DNA of 64,000 bases from Aquaticitalea sp. (lineage in GTDB: Bacteria; Bacteroidota; Bacteroidia; Flavobacteriales; Flavobacteriaceae). Made by a program: the position numbers and the translations under genes. The stretch is from assembly GCA_051252455.1 (NCBI GenBank), contig JBPOFM010000001.1:374145-438144 (forward strand), in the 5' to 3' direction. The notes beneath the pieces were generated by a model. The model was not told the DNA's origin. It was given only the letters and a program-made list of their open reading frames with translations, and did no database searches. Shown piece after piece: positions 29,879 through 39,100 of this stretch. Positions within the stretch are counted from its first letter, which is position 1. Every line of letters begins with the position of its first letter.

Positions 29879-30451
29879 TTGCTCATTTCATATAATTGTG
29901 AAATGTTTGAAGATGAATTGATTATTAGAGAACCGAAAATTTCGTTGTTGAAGCGAATGGTTTTTTCTATCTCATGTGGATTGTTCATCATTTTGATACT
30001 CTATTTCCATAGACAAAAAGTGAGCGGAGTTCTAGCTCCAATCGATATGCCGAGAATTTACATGTATTTGGGGCTGCTCTTTTTGATTTTGTTATTCACA
30101 ATTTTACCAATCATAATCAGAGATTACATTTACTTGGATTTTAAGAATTTAAAAATTCGATATGCTTATGAAATCGGCTTATTCAGTTATAAGGAAAAAT
30201 GGCAGGATTTGGAAGATCTCGAATATATTTCAGTATTTAAAAAAAATGAGTTATTCGAAGTGAATTTATGGTATAAAAAAAATAAGATAGTGAACCTATT
30301 TGCGACAGACAAGTTCAGTGACGCCATAGATAATGCCTATCAAATAGCGAATAAACTGCAAATCGATTTATTAGACGCTTCCGTAAAAGGTAATCATAGA
30401 TGGGTTGATAAAAATGTTTATGCTCAAACTTCAAGGATTGAGCATCTGTAA
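29879..30451 (+). CDS. hypothetical membrane protein (2 TM helices + ~100-aa soluble C-terminal domain)
   Basis: Divergent from the DUF2975/HTH pair. No known motif. Very AT-rich. Confidence 0.45.
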   Translation: MLISYNCEMFEDELIIREPKISLLKRMVFSISCGLFIILILYFHRQKVSGVLAPIDMPRIYMYLGLLFLILLFTILPIIIRDYIYLDFKNLKIRYAYEIGLFSYKEKWQDLEDLEYISVFKKNELFEVNLWYKKNKIVNLFATDKFSDAIDNAYQIANKLQIDLLDASVKGNHRWVDKNVYAQTSRIEHL

Positions 30452-30682
30452 GACACCCATCTGTTTTTTGGAAAGACAACATTTACAATTAACATATGTA
30501 TGATCACCAATTAATGGTATTGCCAAACCATTTTATTATTCAGTTTTTTTAACGAAATAAATAATTATCGACGCTACTGTAACAAATTAAAAAAATCATC
30601 TACCTATAATATAAGCGCTCCTATTTTTGATTACTAGAATGAAAGCGTTTATCTTACAAGTCTAATTCAATACGTACCACCC

Positions 30683-31318
30683 ATGATAGAATGGTTTTCA
30701 GCTTTAGATTTATTCTCTAAATTTTATTGGGTCATCGCTTTGATTGGCTCCGTAATTTTCGTCTTCATCATTATCACAACGCTTATGGGTATGGATGGTG
30801 CAGACGATTTCGGCGATGTAGATACTAGCATTGAAGCGGACACTGGAATTGAATTTCAATTTATATCGCTTAAGAATCTGATTGGCTTTTTCACCATTTT
30901 TGGCTGGAGTGGCATTGCCTGTATAGGCGAAGGCGTTTCGAAACCAATGACAGTGGTGGTTTCTGTAATTTCTGGTCTTATTATGATGTTCATTATGGCT
31001 GCAATGTTCCATTACATGAAAAAATTAGCTGATAGTGGCACGCTAAATTATAAAAATGCACTTGATGCCGTCGGCGAAGTCTATTTAACCATAGGAGAAA
31101 ATCGTTCAAGAATGGGAAAAGTTAGCGTTAGAGTTCAAGGCACACTTCGCGAGCTGGATGCTCTCACTGATTCCTTTACCGAACTTAAATCTGGAACCAT
31201 CATCAAGGTCGTCGATGTCACCAGTAATGGCATATTAATCGTTGATCAAACCATAAAACCAATTAACCCAACTAATTCTGATACTTATGAACTTCCTGCT
31301 AACACAAGAGACATTTAA
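30683..31318 (+). CDS. NfeD-like membrane protein (C-terminal OB-fold), flotillin partner
   Basis: N-terminal TM helices and a C-terminal beta-rich segment (…GKVSVRVQGTLRELDALTD…GTIIKVVDVTSNGILIV…) typical of the NfeD short form. It overlaps the flotillin gene by 32 nt. Confidence 0.6.
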   Translation: MIEWFSALDLFSKFYWVIALIGSVIFVFIIITTLMGMDGADDFGDVDTSIEADTGIEFQFISLKNLIGFFTIFGWSGIACIGEGVSKPMTVVVSVISGLIMMFIMAAMFHYMKKLADSGTLNYKNALDAVGEVYLTIGENRSRMGKVSVRVQGTLRELDALTDSFTELKSGTIIKVVDVTSNGILIVDQTIKPINPTNSDTYELPANTRDI

Positions 31319-32714
31319 TTTAGGACTGCCAATCGCAGTCATCGTGGCAATACTTTTTGTATTTGTATTCCTCATTGTATTGATCAAACGCTATAAGCGT
31401 TGCCCTTCTGACCGTATTTTGGTTGTTTATGGTAAAGTGGGCGGTGGACAGTCGGCCAAATGTATCCATGGTGGCGCTGCCTTCATCTTTCCTGTCATTC
31501 AAGATTATGAATTTTTGAATTTGACACCAATGTCCATTGAGGTGAACTTGGTAAACGCACTTTCAAAACAAAATATTCGTGTGAACGTACCGTCTCGTTT
31601 TACCATTGGTATTTCTACCGAACCTGGTGTGATGCAAAATGCTGCGGAACGATTGTTAGGCTTAGCGATGCAAGACATTCAGGAATTGGCGAAAGAAATT
31701 ATTTTTGGTCAACTGCGTTTGGTGGTCGCTTCTATGGATATTGAAGAAATTAACAATGACAGAGATAAATTTTTGACCAACATTTCACAAAGTGTGGAAT
31801 CCGAGTTGAAGAAAGTTGGATTGAAATTGATCAACGTAAATATCACCGATATCGTAGATGAATCTGGATACATTGAGGCTTTGGGTAAAGAAGCTGCGGC
31901 CCATGCCATTAATGCGGCTCGTAAATCGGTTGCCGAAAAAGTAAGAGATGGCTCGATTGGTGAAGCGAATGCTGTACAAGATCAACGTTCACAAGTTGCT
32001 GCGGCCAATGCGCAGGCTGTAGAAGGTGAAAATACTGCAAAAATTGCTGTAGCCAATTCAGATTCCTTAAGACGTCAACGTGAAGCCGAGGCGGAACGCG
32101 TTGCAACGGCTTCAGAGAAAGTTCAAACAGCAAAAGGTTTGGAAGAATCATACGCTGCCGAAAAACAAGCGGAAATCGCGAGAGCCGAGCGTGAGCGTTC
32201 GTCTCAAATGGCAGATGTCATTGTACCTGCGGAAATCGATAAGCAAAAAGTGGAAATCGATGCAGAAGCAGAAGCAGAACGCATTAGACGTAGAGCTAAA
32301 GGGGAAGCCGATGCCATTTTATACAAAGCACAAGCGGAAGCACAAGGTCTTTTTGAAGTTTTGACGAAACAAGCTGCTGGTTTGGATCAAATCGTCAAAG
32401 CTGCTGGTAATAATTCCAAAGATGCTGTCTTACTTTTAATTGCAGATAAATTGCCAGATTTGGTAAGAATGCAATCGGAGGCCATCAAAAATATAAAAAT
32501 TGATAAAGTAACCGTTTGGGAAAATGGGTCAGGAAAAGATGGAAAAACATCAACTGCCAATTTCCTTTCAGGAATGTACAAATCAGTACCACCATTGCAA
32601 GAGATGTTCAACATGGCTGGAATGGAATTGCCTGAATATTTAAAAGGAAAAGACATTGCTGATTCGGAAGCTAAAGAAATGAATGCAGAGCAAGCCAAGG
32701 AAATTAAAAAATAA
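31287..32714 (+). CDS. Flotillin-family SPFH/Band-7 protein (YqiK/FloT-like)
   Basis: N-terminal TM helix, SPFH domain, then a long Ala/Glu/Lys-rich coiled-coil (…AAANAQAVEGENTAKIAVANSDSLRRQREAEAERV…). 475 aa. Confidence 0.85.
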   Translation: MNFLLTQETFNLGLPIAVIVAILFVFVFLIVLIKRYKRCPSDRILVVYGKVGGGQSAKCIHGGAAFIFPVIQDYEFLNLTPMSIEVNLVNALSKQNIRVNVPSRFTIGISTEPGVMQNAAERLLGLAMQDIQELAKEIIFGQLRLVVASMDIEEINNDRDKFLTNISQSVESELKKVGLKLINVNITDIVDESGYIEALGKEAAAHAINAARKSVAEKVRDGSIGEANAVQDQRSQVAAANAQAVEGENTAKIAVANSDSLRRQREAEAERVATASEKVQTAKGLEESYAAEKQAEIARAERERSSQMADVIVPAEIDKQKVEIDAEAEAERIRRRAKGEADAILYKAQAEAQGLFEVLTKQAAGLDQIVKAAGNNSKDAVLLLIADKLPDLVRMQSEAIKNIKIDKVTVWENGSGKDGKTSTANFLSGMYKSVPPLQEMFNMAGMELPEYLKGKDIADSEAKEMNAEQAKEIKK

Positions 32715-32908
32715 TGAGAAGCATTTTAGCTGTAGGAATATGTGTTCTATTGGTAGGTATTCCTACAGCAATTATCTATTATGTTGTTTCAATTGGTATC
32801 ATAGGACTTTTTGATATGGAGACCTACGTAGGAATATTGCTCACATCCGCTTTTCTAATTTTAATCTGGAATGTCTATAAATACGTATCGAAATTCTTCA
32901 GATTCTAA
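32714..32908 (+). CDS. Small two-TM membrane protein co-translated with flotillin
   Basis: 64 aa. Its start codon overlaps the flotillin stop (ATGA). Two hydrophobic helices. Confidence 0.45.
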   Translation: MRSILAVGICVLLVGIPTAIIYYVVSIGIIGLFDMETYVGILLTSAFLILIWNVYKYVSKFFRF

Positions 32909-32942
32909 ATCTCATTTAGCATAAAGACTAAACCTCATAACC

Positions 32943-33485
32943 ATGAAGAACATTCCTATTTTAACTATTCTAATAATGTTCTGTACCTTCACCTCACCAG
33001 CAGTTGCTCAAGACGAGCGTTTTATTGAGGACTACTTGGAACGTTTAGAAAATTCTCGAAAGTATTTAGTCCTTGTAGCAGAAATGATGCCTGAAGACGC
33101 CTATAATTTTAAAGCGTCACCAGAATCGCTTTCGTTTGCAGAAAATCTTTTGCATATTGGTTATGCAATGGATTGGCATAGTCAGTCGTTGTTGGGAGGA
33201 CGTGAATCCAGGGATTGGAAAACGGATACCATTTTTAAGGTTGATAATAAATCGAAAGCAGAGATGATTGCCACGGTCAACAAAACATTTGATGAAACTA
33301 TCCAATTGATCAAAGATTTCGACGTTAAGAAATTAAATGACGAAATGGATTATTTTGGATTAACCCGATCAAAACGGCAAATTTTCATGTTGCTTGCCGA
33401 CCACATTACACATCACAGAGCGCAAATGTTAGTGTCTTTGAGATTGAATGGATTGGTGCCACCAAGATATGTTCTGTTTCAATAA
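32943..33485 (+). CDS. DinB-family (DinB_2/DUF664) protein with N-terminal signal peptide
   Basis: '…LLADHITHHRAQMLVSL…' His-rich C-terminal helix typical of DinB/YfiT four-helix-bundle proteins. The N-terminal 'MKNIPILTILIMFCTFTSPAVAQ' looks like a cleavable signal peptide. Confidence 0.65.
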   Translation: MKNIPILTILIMFCTFTSPAVAQDERFIEDYLERLENSRKYLVLVAEMMPEDAYNFKASPESLSFAENLLHIGYAMDWHSQSLLGGRESRDWKTDTIFKVDNKSKAEMIATVNKTFDETIQLIKDFDVKKLNDEMDYFGLTRSKRQIFMLLADHITHHRAQMLVSLRLNGLVPPRYVLFQ

Positions 33486-33683
33486 AGGGGTTTTTAATGA
33501 GATTAAAAATTCTTAAAAACCCAAAACTGCGCATGAAAACAATTGATTCAAGTTGTTAATATTCAATAAGTTAATACTCATCATTAAGGGCCTCACGAAT
33601 TGGTTTCACACCTAAATATTTAACATTCCTTTAGAAAATTTAAGTAACGTTTTCTTAACTTTACAAGCTAAAATCATTGAACC

Positions 33684-34547
33684 TTGGCATTAGACCTGCA
33701 AGACATTCCCCGAGTAAAAACTATAACCAAAGAGGAATTTTTAAAACATTATTTTAAACCACAGAAGCCAGTGGTTATTGAGCAATTTATTGAAGATTGG
33801 CCCGCATATAAAAAATGGTCTTTAGACTATATGAAAGAAACGGTCGGAGAGAAAATCGTACCGCTCTATGATGATAGACCTGTTGATTACAAGGACGGTT
33901 TTAACGAACCCCACGCTACAATGAAGATGAAGAATTATATCGATCTGTTAAAGCGAGAACCTACAAAATTTCGTATTTTTCTTTGGAATGCCTTAAAGGA
34001 AGTACCACAATTACAAAAAGATTATTCATATCCAGATTTTGGCTTGAAACTGATGAAAAGTTTACCGATGTTGTTTTTTGGTGGAACCAATTCACATACG
34101 TTTATGCATTACGATATTGACCTTGCCAATATTTTCCATTTTCATTTTGAGGGAAAGAAGCTCTGTATCCTTTTTGACCAAAGACAGAATAAATATATTT
34201 ATAAGATTCCACATTCCTTGATCACTCGGGAAGATATCGATTTTTCAAATCCAGATTTTGAGAAGTGGCCAGCCCTCAAGCATGCAAAAGGACACGTGAC
34301 CGAATTAAAACATGGTGAAGTACTGTATATGCCAGAAGGTTATTGGCATTATATGAAATATCTAACACCGGGCTTCTCAATGAGCTTGCGTGCCATCGCA
34401 CGAAATCCAATGAATTTTGGACATGCCATCTACAATATATTCTTCCTACGTCATTTTGACAATGCGATGCGTCGTATTAAAGGCCAGAAATGGATTGATT
34501 GGAAAAACGAAGAAGCCGTAAAACGCACGAATATGAGTTTAAAATAA
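33684..34547 (+). CDS. Cupin-like / JmjC-domain protein (Cupin_8 family)
   Basis: A double-stranded beta-helix core with candidate Fe-binding residues (…HTFMHYDID… and …HYMKY…). 287 aa. Confidence 0.6.
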   Translation: MALDLQDIPRVKTITKEEFLKHYFKPQKPVVIEQFIEDWPAYKKWSLDYMKETVGEKIVPLYDDRPVDYKDGFNEPHATMKMKNYIDLLKREPTKFRIFLWNALKEVPQLQKDYSYPDFGLKLMKSLPMLFFGGTNSHTFMHYDIDLANIFHFHFEGKKLCILFDQRQNKYIYKIPHSLITREDIDFSNPDFEKWPALKHAKGHVTELKHGEVLYMPEGYWHYMKYLTPGFSMSLRAIARNPMNFGHAIYNIFFLRHFDNAMRRIKGQKWIDWKNEEAVKRTNMSLK

Positions 34548-34607
34548 AAGACTTAACTTTTAAAAACTTATAATATATTTACCCGATTTTAATTTAAAAA
34601 TTCTATC

Positions 34608-35099
34608 ATGAAAAAATTACTAGTATTATTTACAATCTTAAGTGTATCATTTGTCAATGCACAAGCTTTTAAAGGTAGTATGGATAATAAATTCCAAGTA
34701 GGTGCCAATTTTCAAGACGCGGCTACTGGTATTAATGTCAGCTATGATTACGGACTTGGAGAAAACATTTCTGTCGGTATCTCATCAACTTATGCTTTAA
34801 GCGTAAACGATGCCATAGATGCTGATTTTGGAGATAGATTCGACATAAAGGGTCGCTTCAATGCACATTTGGGAAGTATTTTGAATATTGATGATAATTT
34901 TGATCTATATCCAGGATTGAACCTTGGTCTAAAGAATTTTGGTGGTCACGTTGGTGCTCGCTATTTCTTTTCTGAAGGGTTTGGAGTATTCACAGAAGCT
35001 GTATTTCCATTGGCAAGATATGATGCCAACGACAAAACACCGGCAGAATTTATTCATAATCAGTTTGTGGTGAACGTTGGAGCAGTTTTTAGTCTGTAA
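34608..35099 (+). CDS. hypothetical small outer-membrane beta-barrel-like protein
   Basis: Signal peptide (…SFVNAQA). Alternating hydrophobic/Gly-rich beta-strand pattern. Confidence 0.45.
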   Translation: MKKLLVLFTILSVSFVNAQAFKGSMDNKFQVGANFQDAATGINVSYDYGLGENISVGISSTYALSVNDAIDADFGDRFDIKGRFNAHLGSILNIDDNFDLYPGLNLGLKNFGGHVGARYFFSEGFGVFTEAVFPLARYDANDKTPAEFIHNQFVVNVGAVFSL

Positions 35100-35235
35100 A
35101 ACCCTTTTTTATACCTATAGATCAGCATTGTCTTAATTGGTGGTGCTGGTTTTTTTTTATCAAATTTGTACAAATGGATGTATAATCTCAGCTCATGATG
35201 GCACTATTTGGGTATGAAGATGTCTCAAGGTACTT

Positions 35236-35301
35236 TCAGTATAAAGTCAGTATGAAGTCAGCATAAAGTCAGCACATAGTCAGTATAAAGCCCGTATATA
35301 G
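35236..35301. repeat. Tandem 11-bp repeat, 5 good copies plus 1 degenerate (consensus TCAGYAYRWAG)
   Basis: tcagtataaag / tcagtatgaag / tcagcataaag / tcagcacatag / tcagtataaag / (cccgtatatag), in the 286-bp gap between the OMP gene and recX. Confidence 0.7.
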
Positions 35302-35385
35302 GTTCTGTTTTTACTATAATTACATTGTGTTGACCCGGAATGATTTTAAGCGATCTGACGTTTTGAGAGGTCGTTCATTGGTGAT

Positions 35386-35859
35386 TTATGAAACTAGTTC
35401 ATTCACTTTATCATACACCAAATGGCTTTCCCACCCTCGATACAAAAGATAATCAGCGAGTTTTTTTCTCCTTTTTTGACTGTTAGTCTCCCTTATTGAA
35501 TCGGCTTTCTTTTCAGCCAATTCGTGAAAAGTAGATAAATATTCTGCATTTGAAATCTGTTTTAGGGCAGAAGTGATCAATACTTTGCTAATCTCTCTCT
35601 GTTTCAACTCTCTTGTGATACGGTAATTGCCCCATTTTTTGATTTTAAATTTTCCTCTAACGAAAGCATTTGCAAAACGTTCTTCACTCAAGAAATTGTG
35701 ATGAAGTAGATGCACCACAATTGTGTCAATGGCAATGGGCACCATATTCATCTTTTTTAATTTCTTCACAACATCCTGATGACAGCGTTCCTGATAACTG
35801 CAATAGTGTTCCAATTTGGATTGCGCCTCTTGGACTGTGTAGGTTTTGGAAGAGTTCAT
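35386..35859 (-). CDS. recX: Recombination regulator RecX
   Basis: Three-repeat helical architecture with the '…KWGNYRITRELKQREI…' block. The start was chosen at MNSSKTY (the ORF track allows 35877). Confidence 0.75.
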   Translation of the reverse strand: MNSSKTYTVQEAQSKLEHYCSYQERCHQDVVKKLKKMNMVPIAIDTIVVHLLHHNFLSEERFANAFVRGKFKIKKWGNYRITRELKQREISKVLITSALKQISNAEYLSTFHELAEKKADSIRETNSQKRRKKLADYLLYRGWESHLVYDKVNELVS

Positions 35860-36130
35860 GATACAAATTAATAACAAAATGATAACACAAACAACCTATT
35901 ATAAAAAGGTGTGCGTGTTTATCTTTGCAACGTTCGTTTTAAAAGATTTTAACAACTACTCAACACTTATGTAATCTATTGATTTTTAGACGTCCAATAG
36001 ATATTTTTTTTCGTATATGAATTACATTTTAGGATGGGTTGTTAATAACACAGAATTAAAAACGAATAGTAAAAAAGTTAAATGCGCTATATTGCCATGT
36101 TTGGATTATCGCAAAAATAAAAATTCCCCT

Positions 36131-39100
36131 ATGATTAAGAAATACTCCCTCGTATTAATAGCTGTGCTATGCTCTGTTTTTTCTGGATTTAGCCAATATT
36201 CTGGTACTGGTACGTTTACAAAAATCAACTCTGCTGCAGCACTTACCGACGGCTATTATATCATTGCCAATGAAACTGATGCGTTTTTGATGACAAATGG
36301 TAGGAACGGTACTGATGCGACTGGATATTTTTTGAGTGCTTCAGTAACTCCGTCCGCAAATGATATAATAAACCCTACTGCGGATAATGTTTGGTTAATA
36401 GAAACTAATGGATCTGGACGTACTATTTATAATGAAACTTTAGATAGATATGTAGGCCATAATGGAGGCACATCAAACTCTCTTTCGATTGAAACAACTC
36501 CAGCGAATAGCAATCGTTGGATCTTTTCTTACTCTAGTGGTACATTTTTCGCTAATAATGTTGGAACACCTGCAAGACAATTATCATATAACGCAGGAGC
36601 TCCAAGATTTGCTGCTTATGGCAATACCGGCCAACAGGAATTACAATTATATAAGTTAGCCGCACCATCAGGCCCGACAATTACTGTCACCCAAGCTACA
36701 GGAGGAACTATTTCTCCAGGGACCACAAGTGTAACCTCTGGGTCTAATCAAGCATTTACTGTTACTCCCGATGCTTGTCACACCTTTACAAATTGGGTTG
36801 TGGATGGCGCTAACGCAGGAAGCGCAACTACTTACACATTTAATAATATCACTGCTGATCATACTATTACTGCGATTTATAGTACTAGAACTTATAATAT
36901 TACCGCATCTGCCGGTATTAACGGTACAATCAGTCCGAATGGAAGCACTTCTGTAAATTGTGGAAGTAACCAAACTTATAATTTTACTCCTGAAAGTGGG
37001 TATATTGTTGATGATGTTCTGGTTGATGGTGTATCAGTTGGTTCGCCTTCATCTTACACTTTTAATAGCATCAATGCACCACATACTGTTAGTGTAACTT
37101 TCGTTGTTTATGTTGGGCCTTGTTTGGAAGAAGATTTTGAATCTGGATTACCAACTAGCTATAGTACAGCTTCTTTTACTCTTAATTCAGGTTCGTGGGA
37201 ATTGACAAATGTGATCAGAGGCAATGCTGGGGTTACTTCTGGTTCTTACTCCGCTCAATTGCGAAGTGCCACAAACTCAAATATTATTTCACCTATACTT
37301 ACAGAAATTGTTGATTATATTACATTCAACATCACTGGCTCTACCAGCAGTGGTGCTTATCAAGTGAATGTTTCTTCAGATGGTGGAAATAATTGGACAG
37401 CAGCTCCTGGCTCACCTTTTAGCATAAATACTACTACACAATTGAGAACCATAGATCTTAATGACCCAAGCATTAATCGAATTCAGATCAGAAGAACTGC
37501 GGCCACAATATACGTGGATGATTTTAGTGTTTTTTGTGATACGACTTGTGTGCCTACACATAGCGTTACAGGCTTTGCTCCTACATCAGGACCAATTGGT
37601 TCTTATGTGACTATCACAGGGACAGGGTTCACGGCATCTTCTATTGTAGATTTTAATGGTACCTCTGTTGTGAATTATATTTCACAGACTGGGACAGAAT
37701 TAGTAGTTGAAGTACCAGCTGGCAGTATTACAGGACCTATCAGTGTTCAAGAAACCGGATGTTCAGTTGTTACCTCTGATTTCACAATACTTGACAATAG
37801 TGGTTCTTGTGGTGGCGTTAACAATTTAATGATGACTGAAATATATGATAGTAATGGTGGTAGTTTGGGATATATTGAAGTGTTCAATGGTACCGGAAGC
37901 AGCAAAAACTTATCAAATTATTCTATTAGGCGCTATGGTGACACTGGCGATTTAGGTACAGGAAATTACACCTTATATACTTTTCCAAGTTCACAACCTA
38001 CAATTGCCAATAACGCTGTTCTTGTTGGTGAAGTGTTTTCGCCTGGAAACACAGATTCGGACTATAGTGAGAATTTTACCTATGATATAGATTGTAGTTT
38101 TACTGGAGGTAATTACAATTGTGGTGGTTTTAATGGTGCTGATATTTTCCATCTTTATCAAGGAACCACTTTAATTGATGTTTACGTAGTACCTAGTTCA
38201 AGTTCTGAAGTAGGTTATGTGGCAAGAAGAAACACGACTACTTCTGGCCCAAACAACAATAGCAACCCTAGTGATTGGACTTATAATTCATCCGAAAGCA
38301 CTAGTAATCTGGGGATATTTAATTACACTGGTGCTAGCAGTTATTTCCCGACAATCTCAAGTCCTTCAGATGTAACGGGATGCAGTGAGGAAGCTCAATT
38401 TACTTCCATAGCATCTGCAGGAAATGGCGGGGCATTAACCTACCAATGGTATTTCAATAACGGTACTAGCAGTGGGTGGACCCTTGTAAATGCAACAAAT
38501 TTACCTTTAACCACAGTAGCCGGGCAAACTACGAATCAACTTACTTTGACTAACGGGTTTTACAACTATGATGGCTATCAGTTTTACTGCGAAGTAACCG
38601 AAAGTGGTGGTTGCTCTACGGTATCCAATGCAGCACAGTTAGAGATTTTAAAAACCACTTGGGATGGAACAGATTGGCTTCCCACATTTCCAGATAGTGG
38701 TACAATTGCATTTATTTCTGATGACTATGACACTAGTGCCGGAGGTCAACAAATCAGTTTTAGTGCCTGTCAATTGATTGTGGATGCCAATTATTTATTG
38801 CGTGTTGCCAACGGCACTTTTGTGGAAGTTGAAAATTATACAACCGTTGAGGGTGAAATTTTAGTGGAAACGCATGGCTCGTTTGTACAGAGAGCCGATT
38901 TATCGGATGGGTTTATTTTAAATTCGGGAGGTAGTGCGAGCGTTAATAAATCTACGGCTCCTGTGAACAATTGGTATGACTATACTTACTGGAGTTCACC
39001 GGTTTTTGGAGCTACAGTGGGTACCGCTATTGACATTGCACCGACCAATAGGCGTTTTTATTATGATGCTGCCAACTATCTTGATGTATTTGCCGAAACG

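Noticed and set aside
30710-32698. Multiple minus-strand ORFs (60-103 aa) antisense to the NfeD and flotillin genes
   Set aside because: Antisense to strongly supported CDSs. The Ala/Glu-rich flotillin coiled-coil region gives long stop-free antisense frames by composition.
36017-36130. In-frame 38-codon upstream extension of the first giant T9SS protein offered by the ORF track
   Set aside because: The extension (MNYILGWVVNNTELKTNSKK…) lacks a signal peptide. The downstream Met at 36131 begins a textbook signal peptide (MIKKYSLVLIAVLCSVFSGFSQ), matching the paralog's MIQKYSLVVL… start.
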